DNA from: Raillietiella orientalis | Taxonomy: Eukaryota | DNA: 64,000 nt | Direction of reading: 5' to 3' | NCBI GenBank assembly: GCA_036172245.1 | Contig: JAYWIR010000063.1 | Span: forward strand, 124,001 to 188,000 | Notes under the pieces: model-generated | Databases searched by the model: none | Told to the model about the DNA's origin: nothing | The model's input: only the letters and a program-made list of their open reading frames with translations | Shown: positions 22,508 through 33,877 of the stretch, one piece after another | How the letters are laid out: the number at the start of each line of letters is the position of its first letter | Position numbering within the stretch: the first letter of the stretch is position 1 | Program-made: the position numbers and the translations under genes

Positions 22508-22807
22508 GCTGCTATTTCGCCGAGTACTGCAAGGACGTGGCAACCGACTTGAGAGTAAACGGATGGATCAAATACAGCAAACGAGGAAGCGCCTACGGCA
22601 TTGTGGAAGGCAAACTTCCGGACGTGGAGAAAATGCAAGTCTTTTCTTTGGCTCGCGCGCAGCCTCAAGCACCACCTGGACTGATCTTTCAGGATCGTGT
22701 GGCTGAGTGAGATAGGCAGTCCGAGCTCCAGGATCGACAAGTGCGTGGTGCACAGGCAGAAGCACAACGTGTGGCCCGATTTCCGCAGTTTCATGATTCG
22801 ACTGTAA
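22508..22807 (+). CDS. Acylphosphatase-like protein, exons 2-3 (109 aa if joined to 13297-13384)
   Basis: Exon 22508-22634 gives (G)CYFAEYCKDVATDLRVNGWIKYSKRGSAYGIVEGKLPDVEKM. A 58-nt GC-AG intron (22635-22692) follows. Exon 22693-22807 gives IVWLSEIGSPSSRIDKCVVHRQKHNVWPDFRSFMIRL*. Colinear with ACYP motifs GW(V/I), G..QG, M..WL...GSP.S.I and F.I. Confidence 0.85.
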
Positions 22808-23799
22808 ACCCTTTCTCCCCCAAGGGGGAAAGTCCAGCATAAAACGGCCAGACGGCAGCTCACCGTCGTTTTGATTTCCTCTTCCAGCGAATTCGGTCCA
22901 ACCTGGATGACAGGACTCGCTTCCTCGCCGCAGGGCACCGCTGAGCTTCGTTTTTTTCATGGTCCACGTGCACAGCCGCCGTGGCACCATTATGCTTGCG
23001 GATGATGCATAACCGGACAAATGCGCGCGGATGCTCCTTGTGCCGCCGTGGGGTTTTCCGCATTTCTCCCTGCCGCTCTGGGTTTTTCCCGCTCTGAGAA
23101 ACCGAAAGTTCCACTGCCGAAAGGAAGACGCATCCACGGAACAAGCCACGAGAGCCTGCAGGACTCGCGTCCTGAACTTTCCCTCTGCCCCTCCGGGAGA
23201 ACTGGAGGAACGCACTCGAGGAAGGAGCATCCAAGCCTGCACAGCTCGGTGGTCTTCTGCGGTTCGTTCCAGTGATTGCAGGGCGTGTCCTGCAGACGGA
23301 GAACCCTTCTCTCCTGCTGAGTCCGGTCTCGAAGTCGATTTTCGGGGGACGCAGTACCGGGGTTCGGACGTCCGGAAGTCGTGAGCGTTCGGGCGAGAAC
23401 CAGGAAACTGCTCGCTCTTCGCTGAACGGAACGAGACATCCTTTGCGGGCCGCCCACGCCTCATCCGTGAAACCCGGCGCGCGCCTGTTGCAGCTGCCGA
23501 CCTTTTGCCCCTTCTCTCCATCGCACCGGGCCCGCTTGGGGAGATTCTTCCGGAGAGAAGTTCCGAGGTCTCCGGATGCCTTCACTTCGTCAGTCAGAGT
23601 GCTCTAATTCTGGTACAGGAAAACGATCCTCATTTCCGATGACTCTCTCTCCCTCTCCACACGGTCCCTATCTTTTCCGCCCCATCGTGCCGCTTGGAAA
23701 CAGCAGTCTGCGCTGAGGGTCAGCCTTCTGGACTCTGCGGGGGCAGCTCTGACTCGGACCGAAACACCTCGCGCTTCGCCTTCGGTCACAATTCTGCAA

Positions 23800-24070
23800 A
23801 GGCTTGGAGTCCGTTCTTCTCACGCCTGGGGAGGGATTCCCGAAACGAACCTCTACCCTGGTTGTCTCCGAAGGGAATCTCCTTCCTAATTCTCTTCGGA
23901 AGGACCCCCAGGGGGGTCCTCTGCATTTTTTATTCTCCGGAGGGGACCTGCAAAGGAGCCACTCCTTCTTTTCTCTTCCTCTGAAGAGAACTCCGAAATT
24001 TCTCAGAAGGGAGCTGCTTCACCGAAGGGAGAGATACTTTTCTCTGCACTCTCTGGAGAGGTGGCGACGC
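23800..24070 (-). mobile_element. SINE-like repeat, internal fragment (copy C)
   Basis: Reverse complement contains CTCTCCAGAGAGTGC, CGGAGTTCTCTTCAGAGGA, TTCCCTTCGGAGACAACCAGG and GCGTGAGAAGAAC, matching the other copies. Confidence 0.55.
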
Positions 24071-24149
24071 ACCTACTCCACGGAAAGTGACTGAGGGCGA
24101 AGCGCCCCGGTCGTCACGGTCCGTGTAGGAAATTCGTCCCCTGGTCAGC

Positions 24150-25270
24150 ATTACGCCGAGCCTCAAGCATTGCTCCCGGATGCCTTGCTCGCCAACCTCT
24201 GTGGGGAAGAAACCTTGGGTCACCCGAGACTCCCACTCTTGAGGTTTCTTCTCAGACTCCATGGATGCAGCGACGTGGATGGGTGGATCTCCCTCCAATG
24301 AACGCGTCGATGCACTCCCGCACGTTGCATACTATCGCGAGCAGAAAGGTTGGGTTGCCTCTGCAGGCTGTCTGGGGCTCCAGCGGCATCACAGAGGGCT
24401 GCACTCCTCTTCCGCATTTCCACATGTTTTTCCCCCATAGCTTGCAAATCTAATAAAAGCTCAAAGAGGGGTGGGTACACAACAGATAACTCATCCCAGT
24501 TCATTATTCGATAGTGTCAAACCAGCTGCCTGCAGCAATGTTGCAGTCAAATCTTGAGTCTCTATATGTGGTAACGCACATGTGAACACACATCTATATG
24601 TGGTGAGGTGCAAATCCCCTTTTCTTTCGATATCGGCTAATAATAATGTAGATCGCAGTTCCTGTAATGTATAGCTCCCAAACATGGAGCAGGAAGTACA
24701 TTGTCTGCCTTCAAGCACTTCAGGATATTCGAGAGCACCTGAGGTAAATTTGTTGGCCCAATACAAACTCAAACAACTTATTAACTCAAACAACAAACCC
24801 TTATTAAAAAAAATTTCTTCGGAATTTGAGCTGGAAGACAACTCTGTGGATCAACTGCGCTTTCAGTGCAGTCTTTCTCGATTTTTCCAGAACGTTCGCG
24901 AATCTTTGCCTCGCTTGCAGTCCCCCTTCCCCCTCCCCTTCTCCCTTTGCCACCAGACACCACTTGAAACAGTCGCACTCACACGGTCGGATGTCTCGAA
25001 ATCTGTTGATCAACGGGACGCTCCGAAATAACGCGTAAATCTCATCCTATTCTCGGGCATTCCATGAAGGAAGAGCACATGCGACAATGTTCCAGGCATA
25101 CATCAATAGGGGATGTGGGCCTCAAGGCAGCATCTGGATGTTTACTCAACATCCAGTTTCTGAGCTCGAGACACTCGACCTAATGGACAATCGACATCTG
25201 CCTACAAACCCAACCGCGGACCTGCCACAGTAAACATCATCAGCATCTGCGGCTAAAATCGTTGGAGGCT
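24150..25270 (-). mobile_element. Degenerate non-LTR retrotransposon ORF2 fragment (L1/Tx1-like, RT YADD region to C-terminal Cys region)
   Basis: Minus-strand translation ILAADADDV near 25250 resembles the RT YADD motif. WESRVTQGFFPT...QCLRLG near 24200 resembles the L1-type W...LPT...CxxCG tail. Multiple stops and frameshifts. Confidence 0.4.
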
Positions 25271-25345
25271 GTCGGAAGAACTTCGGCGATTTCCAGTTAT
25301 CACTTGAGCCTTGTTAACTCGGAAGTCCTCACTGCCCGCGCTGCA

Positions 25346-25397
25346 AGCCCTGGTTTTGGTTCAGATGACTTCCCTAGCCCTGGTTTTGGTTCGGACG
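25346..25397. repeat. Two-copy tandem repeat, 30-bp period
   Basis: AGCCCTGGTTTTGGTTC(A/G)GA(T/C)G at 25346 and 25376. Confidence 0.85.
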
Positions 25398-26394
25398 CAA
25401 TATGCTTCGCATTTTTTTTTTTTTTTATTTTACTTTTCTTCTTTTAGGTGTTTTGAAGGTTGTCTTCCCTTCCGTTCTGCTGAAAAGTATCAAATGACCC
25501 TACCGTTTAATAACCACACCATCCTCTTTTGCAATTTCGCCGTTTGTGGGGAACGGACTTTCTTCCATCTCCAAGGGCAAAATGGAACACTTTAGGTTCC
25601 GCGGATATCTACTGAGCGTCTGAGGGTTGGTGCAGACGTGCAGATTGAGTCAAATCCTCTTATCAAATGTCCCCCATCCCAACCGAAGAGTTCATGAAAG
25701 GTCGGAACGACCTCTGTTTGTATTCAGCATCTCTGCTCACCGGAAATCGCAGACACTTAGAGACACAGCAGAAATTTTTCATTGTACTCATTCTCTCTCT
25801 CCTCCCTTGGCCTTTCCCCCGGCAGACGTGCCGAGAGGCAAGATGTTCCTCAGACCTTTTTGCAGCGAGTGGGTTCTGCGATGCAGATCGGAAGACCTGC
25901 CCTTCGCAAATAGCCTCTCACCTCGTGAAATTTATGTGGAAGCTCCGTGCAGGAGTTTCTCCGAATAATCCAGTTACTGAATCCAAATGCATCATCACTG
26001 GAACGAGCACTTTGTAACAGTTTTCCCAGATGAAATGGTAAACGTGGGATACCCTGCAAGACGTATAGGGATTTTCTTCCCTGAAAGGGAATTCCCGCTT
26101 GCAGCTGCGGAAGCAAAACAACCTCGCGATGTGTTCCAAAGTGGTATGCAGTGCAGGTAAAAATTAAACAAACTCCACCTTTCAAACAGAACACGAAAGA
26201 CACGAATCTGTTAGATGATTAGCATCCTTTTCAAATGCTACATCAAAACACTGGTATTTTCACGGATACCAAATTCTCAATATTCGGAGTTCAAGATGCA
26301 CCAATCAGAATCGCCAAACGAGTGGATCATTTATTAGAAATGTCAGGTATGTAGGTTTTTTCAAAATCAGTGAGCTTTTTCAACATAAAAGCGA

Positions 26395-27520
26395 TCCGAT
26401 CGCCCTGGTGAATTCGGACGTCAAGGTGTTTTCGAAGCTGTGGGTCGCGCGCCCAGGGAGGATCGCCAAGTCCTTGGTGAGTCTGGAGCAGACCTACGTT
26501 GTTCCCGGGCGGTCCATGGATGCGAACCTCCGTTTCGCGCTCACCTGGCTCGGGTTGCAGCAGCAGCAAAGCCTGAAAGCCGAAAGAGTCGCTGCCAGGC
26601 AAGCGTAGGTGCTTGCGGCAAGAGGGAAAGCTGGGTGCCTTGGCGGTCGCGGTCGATCCCCACAAGGCGTTCGATTTTCACCAGGGTCACAGGGGCGTTT
26701 AATGAAAAATGAAATTCTTACGATGCACCACGGCAGCAGGGGGAAGGGGGAGAAACAAAAAACTAAACAAAAAGAAAAGAAAACGTGGGAGGGTGCGGGA
26801 AGGGATCACTGTTGCTGATGGAGCCGTTGCATCTTTCGCAGGATGCCGGCAAGCTATCTCTGTATTCGTGGATCCAGATGGGACCATCGAGACGCCTCCT
26901 CCAAAAATTCGACGAAGCGCGCTGGATGGCACCCTTATCGCGAGGTCCTCCCGTAGCCTTGCTCCAAGCGGCGGCGATCCCACGAAGGCAGCACGGGGCT
27001 GCTAACGAGGCCTCAGGCCGAAGGGCTTCTAACAGCGTCCCTGGGGTTGCCGCAGGGAATTTCGATGGCCGCGGCAAAGCGTAGCCAAAGGAGCCGAAGG
27101 GCAACACAATCCACAAGGAGGTGGAGGAGGGACTCCCGTTCCCCACACCTAACACAATTGGGGTTCACCGCTCCCCAGGTCCAATGGTGGCGGCGTCGTT
27201 CGACGGCGTCATCCAGGAGCTTCTTTTAGAGCTCTTGGAACGTCTCGCTCTTCCAGCGCACCTCGTCGCCTATTTGCGCCCCTGCTGGCGCCACGCGATC
27301 ACCTCTATCTCTTTTAGCGCCTGCCACGTGTACGGCATACCGGTACAGCGGGGCATCAGGCAGAGACACAGCTTAAGCCTGCTGCTCTTCAGCATCTTCT
27401 TCGAGTGGGTGCTGAAGGCGTACAGGCTGAGTCGCTCGCCAACCTGCCGAGCGTACGGGCATTAAACGAAAAGCCCTTCCCATGGGTATTGCCTATGCAC
27501 CCAACATTTCTGTGCTCAGT
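26395..27520 (+). mobile_element. Degenerate non-LTR retrotransposon reverse transcriptase (L1/Tx1-like), interrupted by ~600 bp of unrelated sequence
   Basis: PIALVNSDVKVFSKL...EQTYVVPGRSMDANL (26395-26530), SFDGVIQELL...IPVQRGIRQRHSLSLLLFSIFFE (27195-27405) and IAYAPNI (~27487-27507, decayed YADD) are RT motifs in the correct order. Confidence 0.8.
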
Positions 27521-29373
27521 GCACAGTAAAGAACACGAAAGTTGCAATTGAGAATTTGCGGGGAAAGACGTTTGGGCGTTTCGTATGATGCAAGAATTCC
27601 CTCGAGCGGCCTATGAACTACTGGGCTAAGAGAGTCCTAACGGAAGGCATCACCAGCAGTTAGCATTATGGTGAAAGCAGAGTGGGTCCTTTCCAGATGC
27701 CAAGGGTATGAAACTTCCTTCGAACCTCTGAATGCAGGTTCCGCTGTCTTTCTGCAACAGCTCAGCAGGGTCTGTTCCCGTTGTTTCGTTAAACATTGAG
27801 GAGTTTTCGTGATTGTAGCACGGAGGTGGCCGTGCTGTGTCCGTTAGTCTCCGTGGCAGGAGAATCTGAGGTTGGTTGACTATTGAGAGCTTTGGTTCAG
27901 CTCAAATTTGTTGCAAACGGGGGGAAGGGAAGGGAGATGCTCTGCCCTGTACGCTGCATCCTCAGTGATTGCGACGAAATGCTTCAGATTCTGACATCCA
28001 TTAAAAAAAAAAAAAAAAAAGGCGTGCATTATTATGTGCTATATTAACCGAAGCTTCTATGCCGTGGCACAGGAACGATTTCTTAAGGTCTCGCCTTTCT
28101 GACGTTTTGAAGCGAAAACAAACATCAGGAATTGCAATGCCACATCCTACGCGGGTACTAAAATTGAAATCCTCCGTATAGCCTTTTCTTCACAATCGAT
28201 CACCCGAACCCACGAAGAGACGGTTTCTGGCCCTTTTCTGGCCCGCGCCCTGGATATCTTCCACCGTTTGAAAACAAATGGCAAAAGAAATCCCCGTTGA
28301 ACTTTCAGACGTCGAATCGTTTGAAGTCTCTGGGAGTCTGTCATCCGTGCCTTGGAGACGGTCGCACAACAGGGAAACCCATTTCTCAGCATGCTGTTCC
28401 AATGGCACGAGCCATCGATAAGGTGGCGGTGCAATGGAGCGGCAACACGTCTGCGCGCTCCTCACATCCCCTTCAGAGCTCTCACTGCAGGGTTAACAGC
28501 ACGGCACACACCACCGACCTTTCCTGACGGCTCGCAAGCGGCCTCCAAGTGTGGACCATGGCGTCTGCCGTGCTCCGTGCGCTACTCTGACCGAGTCGAA
28601 TTTCCGCCCCCATTGGGGAACACCCATTTCTTTTGTCACTACCAAATTAAAGTTCGCCCACCAGAGCCGGAGGCCACAAAATCCAAAGCTTCTGAGATCA
28701 CACACTTTCCGGATGCCAGCACCGGCCGAACACTTCAAAACACACTGCGAAATCAATGGCAAAATCCACGATTCTCAACTTAATTTCAGAACAAAGTCAC
28801 AGCAAATCTTTGAGGGAGACCTCCACACCTTTGCTCAGCGAATCATCATGGAACGCACTCTTACAGAAATGGCGAGACCCAGATAGTCCAGAGGGGTGTT
28901 TTGTGATGCACTTGAAATGGATGCTCATAGATTTCAAGTGCATCAGCCAAATGCTACTAATAAAACGTCAGGACTGATTATGAGCCACTGAATACAATAA
29001 TCTTGGAAAACAGCATCCAAAATGCCATTAAACAGGTATAGAATTTTATTCCTTTGAAATAAATTCTTCAGAATAAGTACTTTGTGGATTCATTCTCAGA
29101 ATTCACTCAGCAACCTTCACAGGATCTACATCGCAGTTTCCATGCTTGCCAGAAAACCACTTCCAAAAATGATTTCCTGCACAATCAAAAAACTACAATG
29201 GAAGTGGACCATACCAATGTGCATCCACACACTAAAAGACAACTGTCCCCAAGGGTCACTTTCTGATCTGTTCCCCTGAATCAGTGATTACAAAACAAAG
29301 TCAAAAGTGTGCGGCCAACACATGTGAAGTTTCGAATAAAAAACAGTCTTCTGACTTATACACATTGTATATA

Positions 29374-30194
29374 TTAAGAAACTTGAGCCATTATACTTGC
29401 AACTGATTCAAAATCAATTTTTTCTGTAATGTTCTTTGTTTTGATACTCTCCTCTTGATTAGATATGAATATTAAATCATCAGCTACTTCATACCAACCA
29501 TACTTATTCATCCACTGTTTCAAGACATTGTCTGAAAATGTAATAGCAACACTAAAATGGAAGCACAGTCAACTCTTACCATCAACATTTCCCAATAGCT
29601 GAGACAATGTATCTTTTTCAATTCGTTGGTACGTTATATTTACAACATGGCATATGAATTTTCGAATACAATCCTCAAAACCTTTAATCCCCAATATTAA
29701 AGTAGGATTGATATGAATTTTATGCCAAAACGTCGTAAACTGACACATTTCTAGTAAGTCTGCAAGATTCATGATACTTTGGATTTCATGCTCACTTAAC
29801 TAAAATGGTACACACATAAACATAAGCATTATGGATAAAACTTTCGTAATACTTACATGCTTTTGGTTTATTAGGCACTTACAGAGAACAAAGTCTGTAT
29901 GTGGCAAGTTGGTTAACGCTTTTAAAAGAATTTGGGCAACAACCGATATTTGAAACAATGATGGATTGAACTGATATAGTTTCAGGACAGCCAAATTTGC
30001 TTCGAGATCATAAGCACCCTCTCTTGCTTGAATTTCAACGTATTTCTCCAGTGTTTGTAAATTTTTTGGATTATACCTTTAAAAACCAACAAACATTCAC
30101 GTTAGATTACTTCAACAAATATTTCACCCGTAAAAACTTACCTGTCTATACCTTTTAACATCGAAGCAACTGCGGCCTTCATTGCTTCGGCCAT
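29374..30194 (-). CDS. eIF3k: Eukaryotic translation initiation factor 3 subunit K (216 aa, 4 exons)
   Basis: Exons 30194-30142, 30076-29857, 29799-29580 and 29531-29374, all GT-AG, totalling 651 nt. Translation [56 protein letters not shown]...[20 protein letters not shown]...[21 protein letters not shown]...[28 protein letters not shown]. Confidence 0.97.
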
Positions 30195-33100
30195 TTTGAG
30201 ATGAAGCAAGATTTGACGTTTTTTCCAACAATTTCCAAGTTTTAATTTGCACACAATTCAGCCATGAACTCAAGCAGAAGTACCAGTCTTAAGTCACAAT
30301 TCTAATAATATCGTACTGATGACACATTTCGTTAGTTTGACGAATCAAGGTATTTTATTTTTAGAGAATTTCAAGCACATCTATTTTAAAAAATACTACG
30401 TGAATCATCTGATTTTTTTTAAAAAGGTAGCAGTTCTTTTTAAGAAATAACTAAATCACATTCCTAAAACTCACGATATTGATGAAAGTTTATTGCGTAC
30501 AGAATAGAATAGAATATAGAATTCAAAAGAATCAAATTCTTGTACATGATGCAAAGCTTGCTTACATTGGAAATACATTTCCTATTTGCTTATATAAAGT
30601 TGATAGTAGGAACAACTGTCATATGCTTCCAGAATGACAAGCTAGTTTGGACGGTCACGCTCGGTATTATTGTATAATACTTAATTATTCACATATTGTA
30701 ATTCCATTCATTATCAACTTTTCATGACTTCCAGGAATTTGCTCATATTTAATGGAATCCTATTACTGATTTCTTATAAGCAAATGGATGACTCTCTCTA
30801 CAAAGTCATGATTTGAAACAGTAAGAGGTTTAGTATTAGTCTCTTACTTTCTTTGAATGAATTCCTATGGAAGTAAGAATACATGTAGGAAAAAATAATC
30901 CCGCTTCAATTCAATTTTTTTATTATTTTTGCAGTAATTCGTGTTACAACAAATATGATGTATTGCTTTTCTGTCTTTAGCAAATTGTAATCCACCAAAT
31001 TCAAATAGCTGCATTCTTAGAGATAGGTGTTAAGAAATATTATAGTAGGTGAGAAATTGTAATAAAGTTGTATCATTATAAGATCATGAATGCCATGCGG
31101 AAATGGACTTTGCGGCACGATTACTTTATTATAGAATCTCTTTCAATTGCCTGCTTACTTTATGAGTTTACTTGAGCGTGCTGCATTTCCCATAATCTTT
31201 CGCTCATTGAATATTCGACTGATGCTTCTCAGAACTTCTTTTAATTTACATTTTATCGCTAATTTCAGCAGCATTACATTTGCTAGAATACAGATGTCAT
31301 GACACTGATGGAAATCAGGCGGTTGCGGTATGAAATCTTATTACCACCTGATTTCATTCATGAAGCCTTGCCAGATGCAGTGTGAAAATGTCAGATCCAT
31401 TCCTATGAATCCAATGAGGATGTTACCACAAAGATGCTTGCGTATTTTCCCTGAACAAATATCTGAGTCACCCGAGAGCAAAACCTCTTTGTCGACTACG
31501 GAATTCAGGTGCAAAATAATTCTAAAGTTGGACTTACAAGACATAACAGCAAAACAATCCCATAGACTAAAAGGTTTTGATGAGTTGGTGGAGGTTTTCT
31601 GTAAATAAGGACTGAGAAAGAAAGCAAAAACTGCGAGTTCACTTTCAGTCCCTTTTACTTTCTCCCAAAATTAGATTCCATCACTGAGATCATATTTCTT
31701 ACTTGATTATGAAATCATGGAAGCACGAAATGATGTCAACAATCATTGCATTCACCAAAATACTCTCTATTACATTGCTCGATGACTCTTACAAATCGAA
31801 ATTTCAGAATGATTTCAAAAAACATGCCTTTTCATAACCAATGCATCTTTAAGGGCTTCTTTGGTTGCAACTTGACTTTTATTCTTCATTACAGCACAGA
31901 TAAAATGACTATTCGAATCACCATAAATGAGTCAAACAGTCAATTTATCTGTATTGCAATCAACAACAAAATTCCTTAAATGCTAACTCGTTTTTCATCA
32001 CAGGTCAGTCAGCAGTCTTACAGAATTTAAAAATAAACTTCGGAAAATCTAGAAGGAGGAAAAAAAAAACATAATCCAGAAAATAATTCTTTGTTTGTTG
32101 CATCCTCGAAAGTATTTTTTTATTTTTTTCACAAGTTTCGTAATTAATCTTAATGCATCGTCTCAAGATGGTATGCAGATGCGAACTGTCTACAATGTGT
32201 AAATTTTAAGCTATTGGGATGTTTGCATTATTTTGGTAGTTGATGCTGCAAAATTTGCTTGCCGGCCTATTTGCAGTTTATTTTTGTGGAACTCATACGG
32301 ATAAATAAATACGTAATTTTTTATGCATACATCCGCTTGTTATTTTAGAAATGCAGTGGTGCACCAGCAAGCGTCAGCACGTTGGATTCGGATTAAGTAC
32401 ACCATCACCCTTTCTTGATCGTCAGAATCATCCAAAAACTGTCGTGATCTGTTTATGGAAAGAGAGAGAGCAACCATAATGACTGTATCGAAGAACGCGA
32501 AGAGCATCTAAGTCGACGCAGGCGTGTGAAAACTGTTCGAAATCATGACAAAACGGGCACACTTTTGTGTCCTGGTGATTCATCAACTGTGTAATGGAAG
32601 TTCTACATACTCGGCCAAATAAGATCTAAAGGTTCCACAAGCATCGTGAAAGAAAACCAGAAAACCAGTTCTCGTACTGCCTGACCAATTCCATGAATCC
32701 CTTTCTTTCGAGTTCTGGAAGCCCGGTGAGTGGACGTCGCCTCGTTCGCTAGGCTCGCTTGCTTCTGTCCTTCTGAAGTCAGGGAGCTCACTTATCATCT
32801 TCAGGAACTCAGATACTGAAACCAATGTACCACCCGTGTGTGTTTTATGCAGCAAGTTTCGACTCTTTGAACTCTGCTTCGCTTCGTATCTCGAATTCCC
32901 TGAAAAAACACGCTTGCCACGGTGCAGGACCCTTAGAGACTGCTCCAGATGAAAGATGAAAGCAACGGAGCAGCAAGTGATGGGTATTCAAGCTCTTCCC
33001 CGTAAGCTGAGCATCCTCTTGACAGTCGGACTGTGCTCGCGGAGAGTCTGAAATTCCATAATGGGTGGATAATTCTAATTTTCCAAGGCGTCGAATAAGA

Positions 33101-33568
33101 ACTATATGCGTTTTCAGTTCTGTCTCATTTCATCCTTAATTGCGATCTGTTTTAACCCGAAGATTTTTTTTTTACTGCTAGCCGGTTTGTTGAATTCTTG
33201 ATGTTCGCCTGCTTGCTACAAAAAAAATCTCTCCTGAGAATTCCGAAAATGCAGATTCTTGATTTGTACATTGTACCACAGGTGTTCTTGAGTTTCATCT
33301 CCTTAACCATCTGGATATGAGGATAAACTTTCCACATAAACTCTGCTCATGGCGTTGCATTCATTTTAGAATCCGATTTCTGGTTTCAGGTATGTCCTTG
33401 AAAGAACAGTAATCAGGGAAATGCTTCTGGATGCTATAGAACTTTTGACGGTAATGCCCAGAGGCAGTTACCAAATAAAATATGCAAACTTGCATTTACT
33501 TATCTTTGTCAGAAGGAATTGCTTGGTAGGTGTCAACTATTGCAGTCATCAAATAACAGCTACTTTAC

Positions 33569-33877
33569 GACAAATTCTGGAAGGAAGCCTCGTAGTCAGG
33601 CATCACTCTTGAAACTTCCATTATCAGCTCGGAATCAGCACTGAGCACATACTTCTGTGAAACTGTTCGTTCTTGCGGAACATTTTGTTTGGTCACCAAC
33701 CCGCCCTGCAGAAGTAGTGCTACTATATTATATCCCTTCCTAGACTTGCTTTTAATGACCCAGTTGACTTCATTTCGGTTCCATCCGATGCTTTGCATTA
33801 GGGATATACAGGGAAAGGAAGAAAGACACGGACAAAACAGCGTACGTCTTTTGCTCTGTCTACTAACGTTTATACAT
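33569..33877 (-). CDS. Candidate micro-exon gene of unknown product (may extend to ~31100)
   Basis: Exons 33877-33868, 33790-33750, 33705-33653 and 33607-33569, joined by 77, 44 (GC-AG) and 45 nt introns, keep one frame: MYKPSDGTEMKSTGSLKGGLVTKQNVPQERTVSQKVMPDYEASFQNLS. No family recognised. Confidence 0.3.

Noticed and set aside
28003..28020. Poly(A) run as the tail of the plus-strand LINE
   Set aside because: Only ~500 bp after the YADD region, and A runs are common in this window.
28470..28570. TFPDGSQ resembling an RNase H TDGS motif
   Set aside because: A single short motif with no downstream RNase H residues identifiable.
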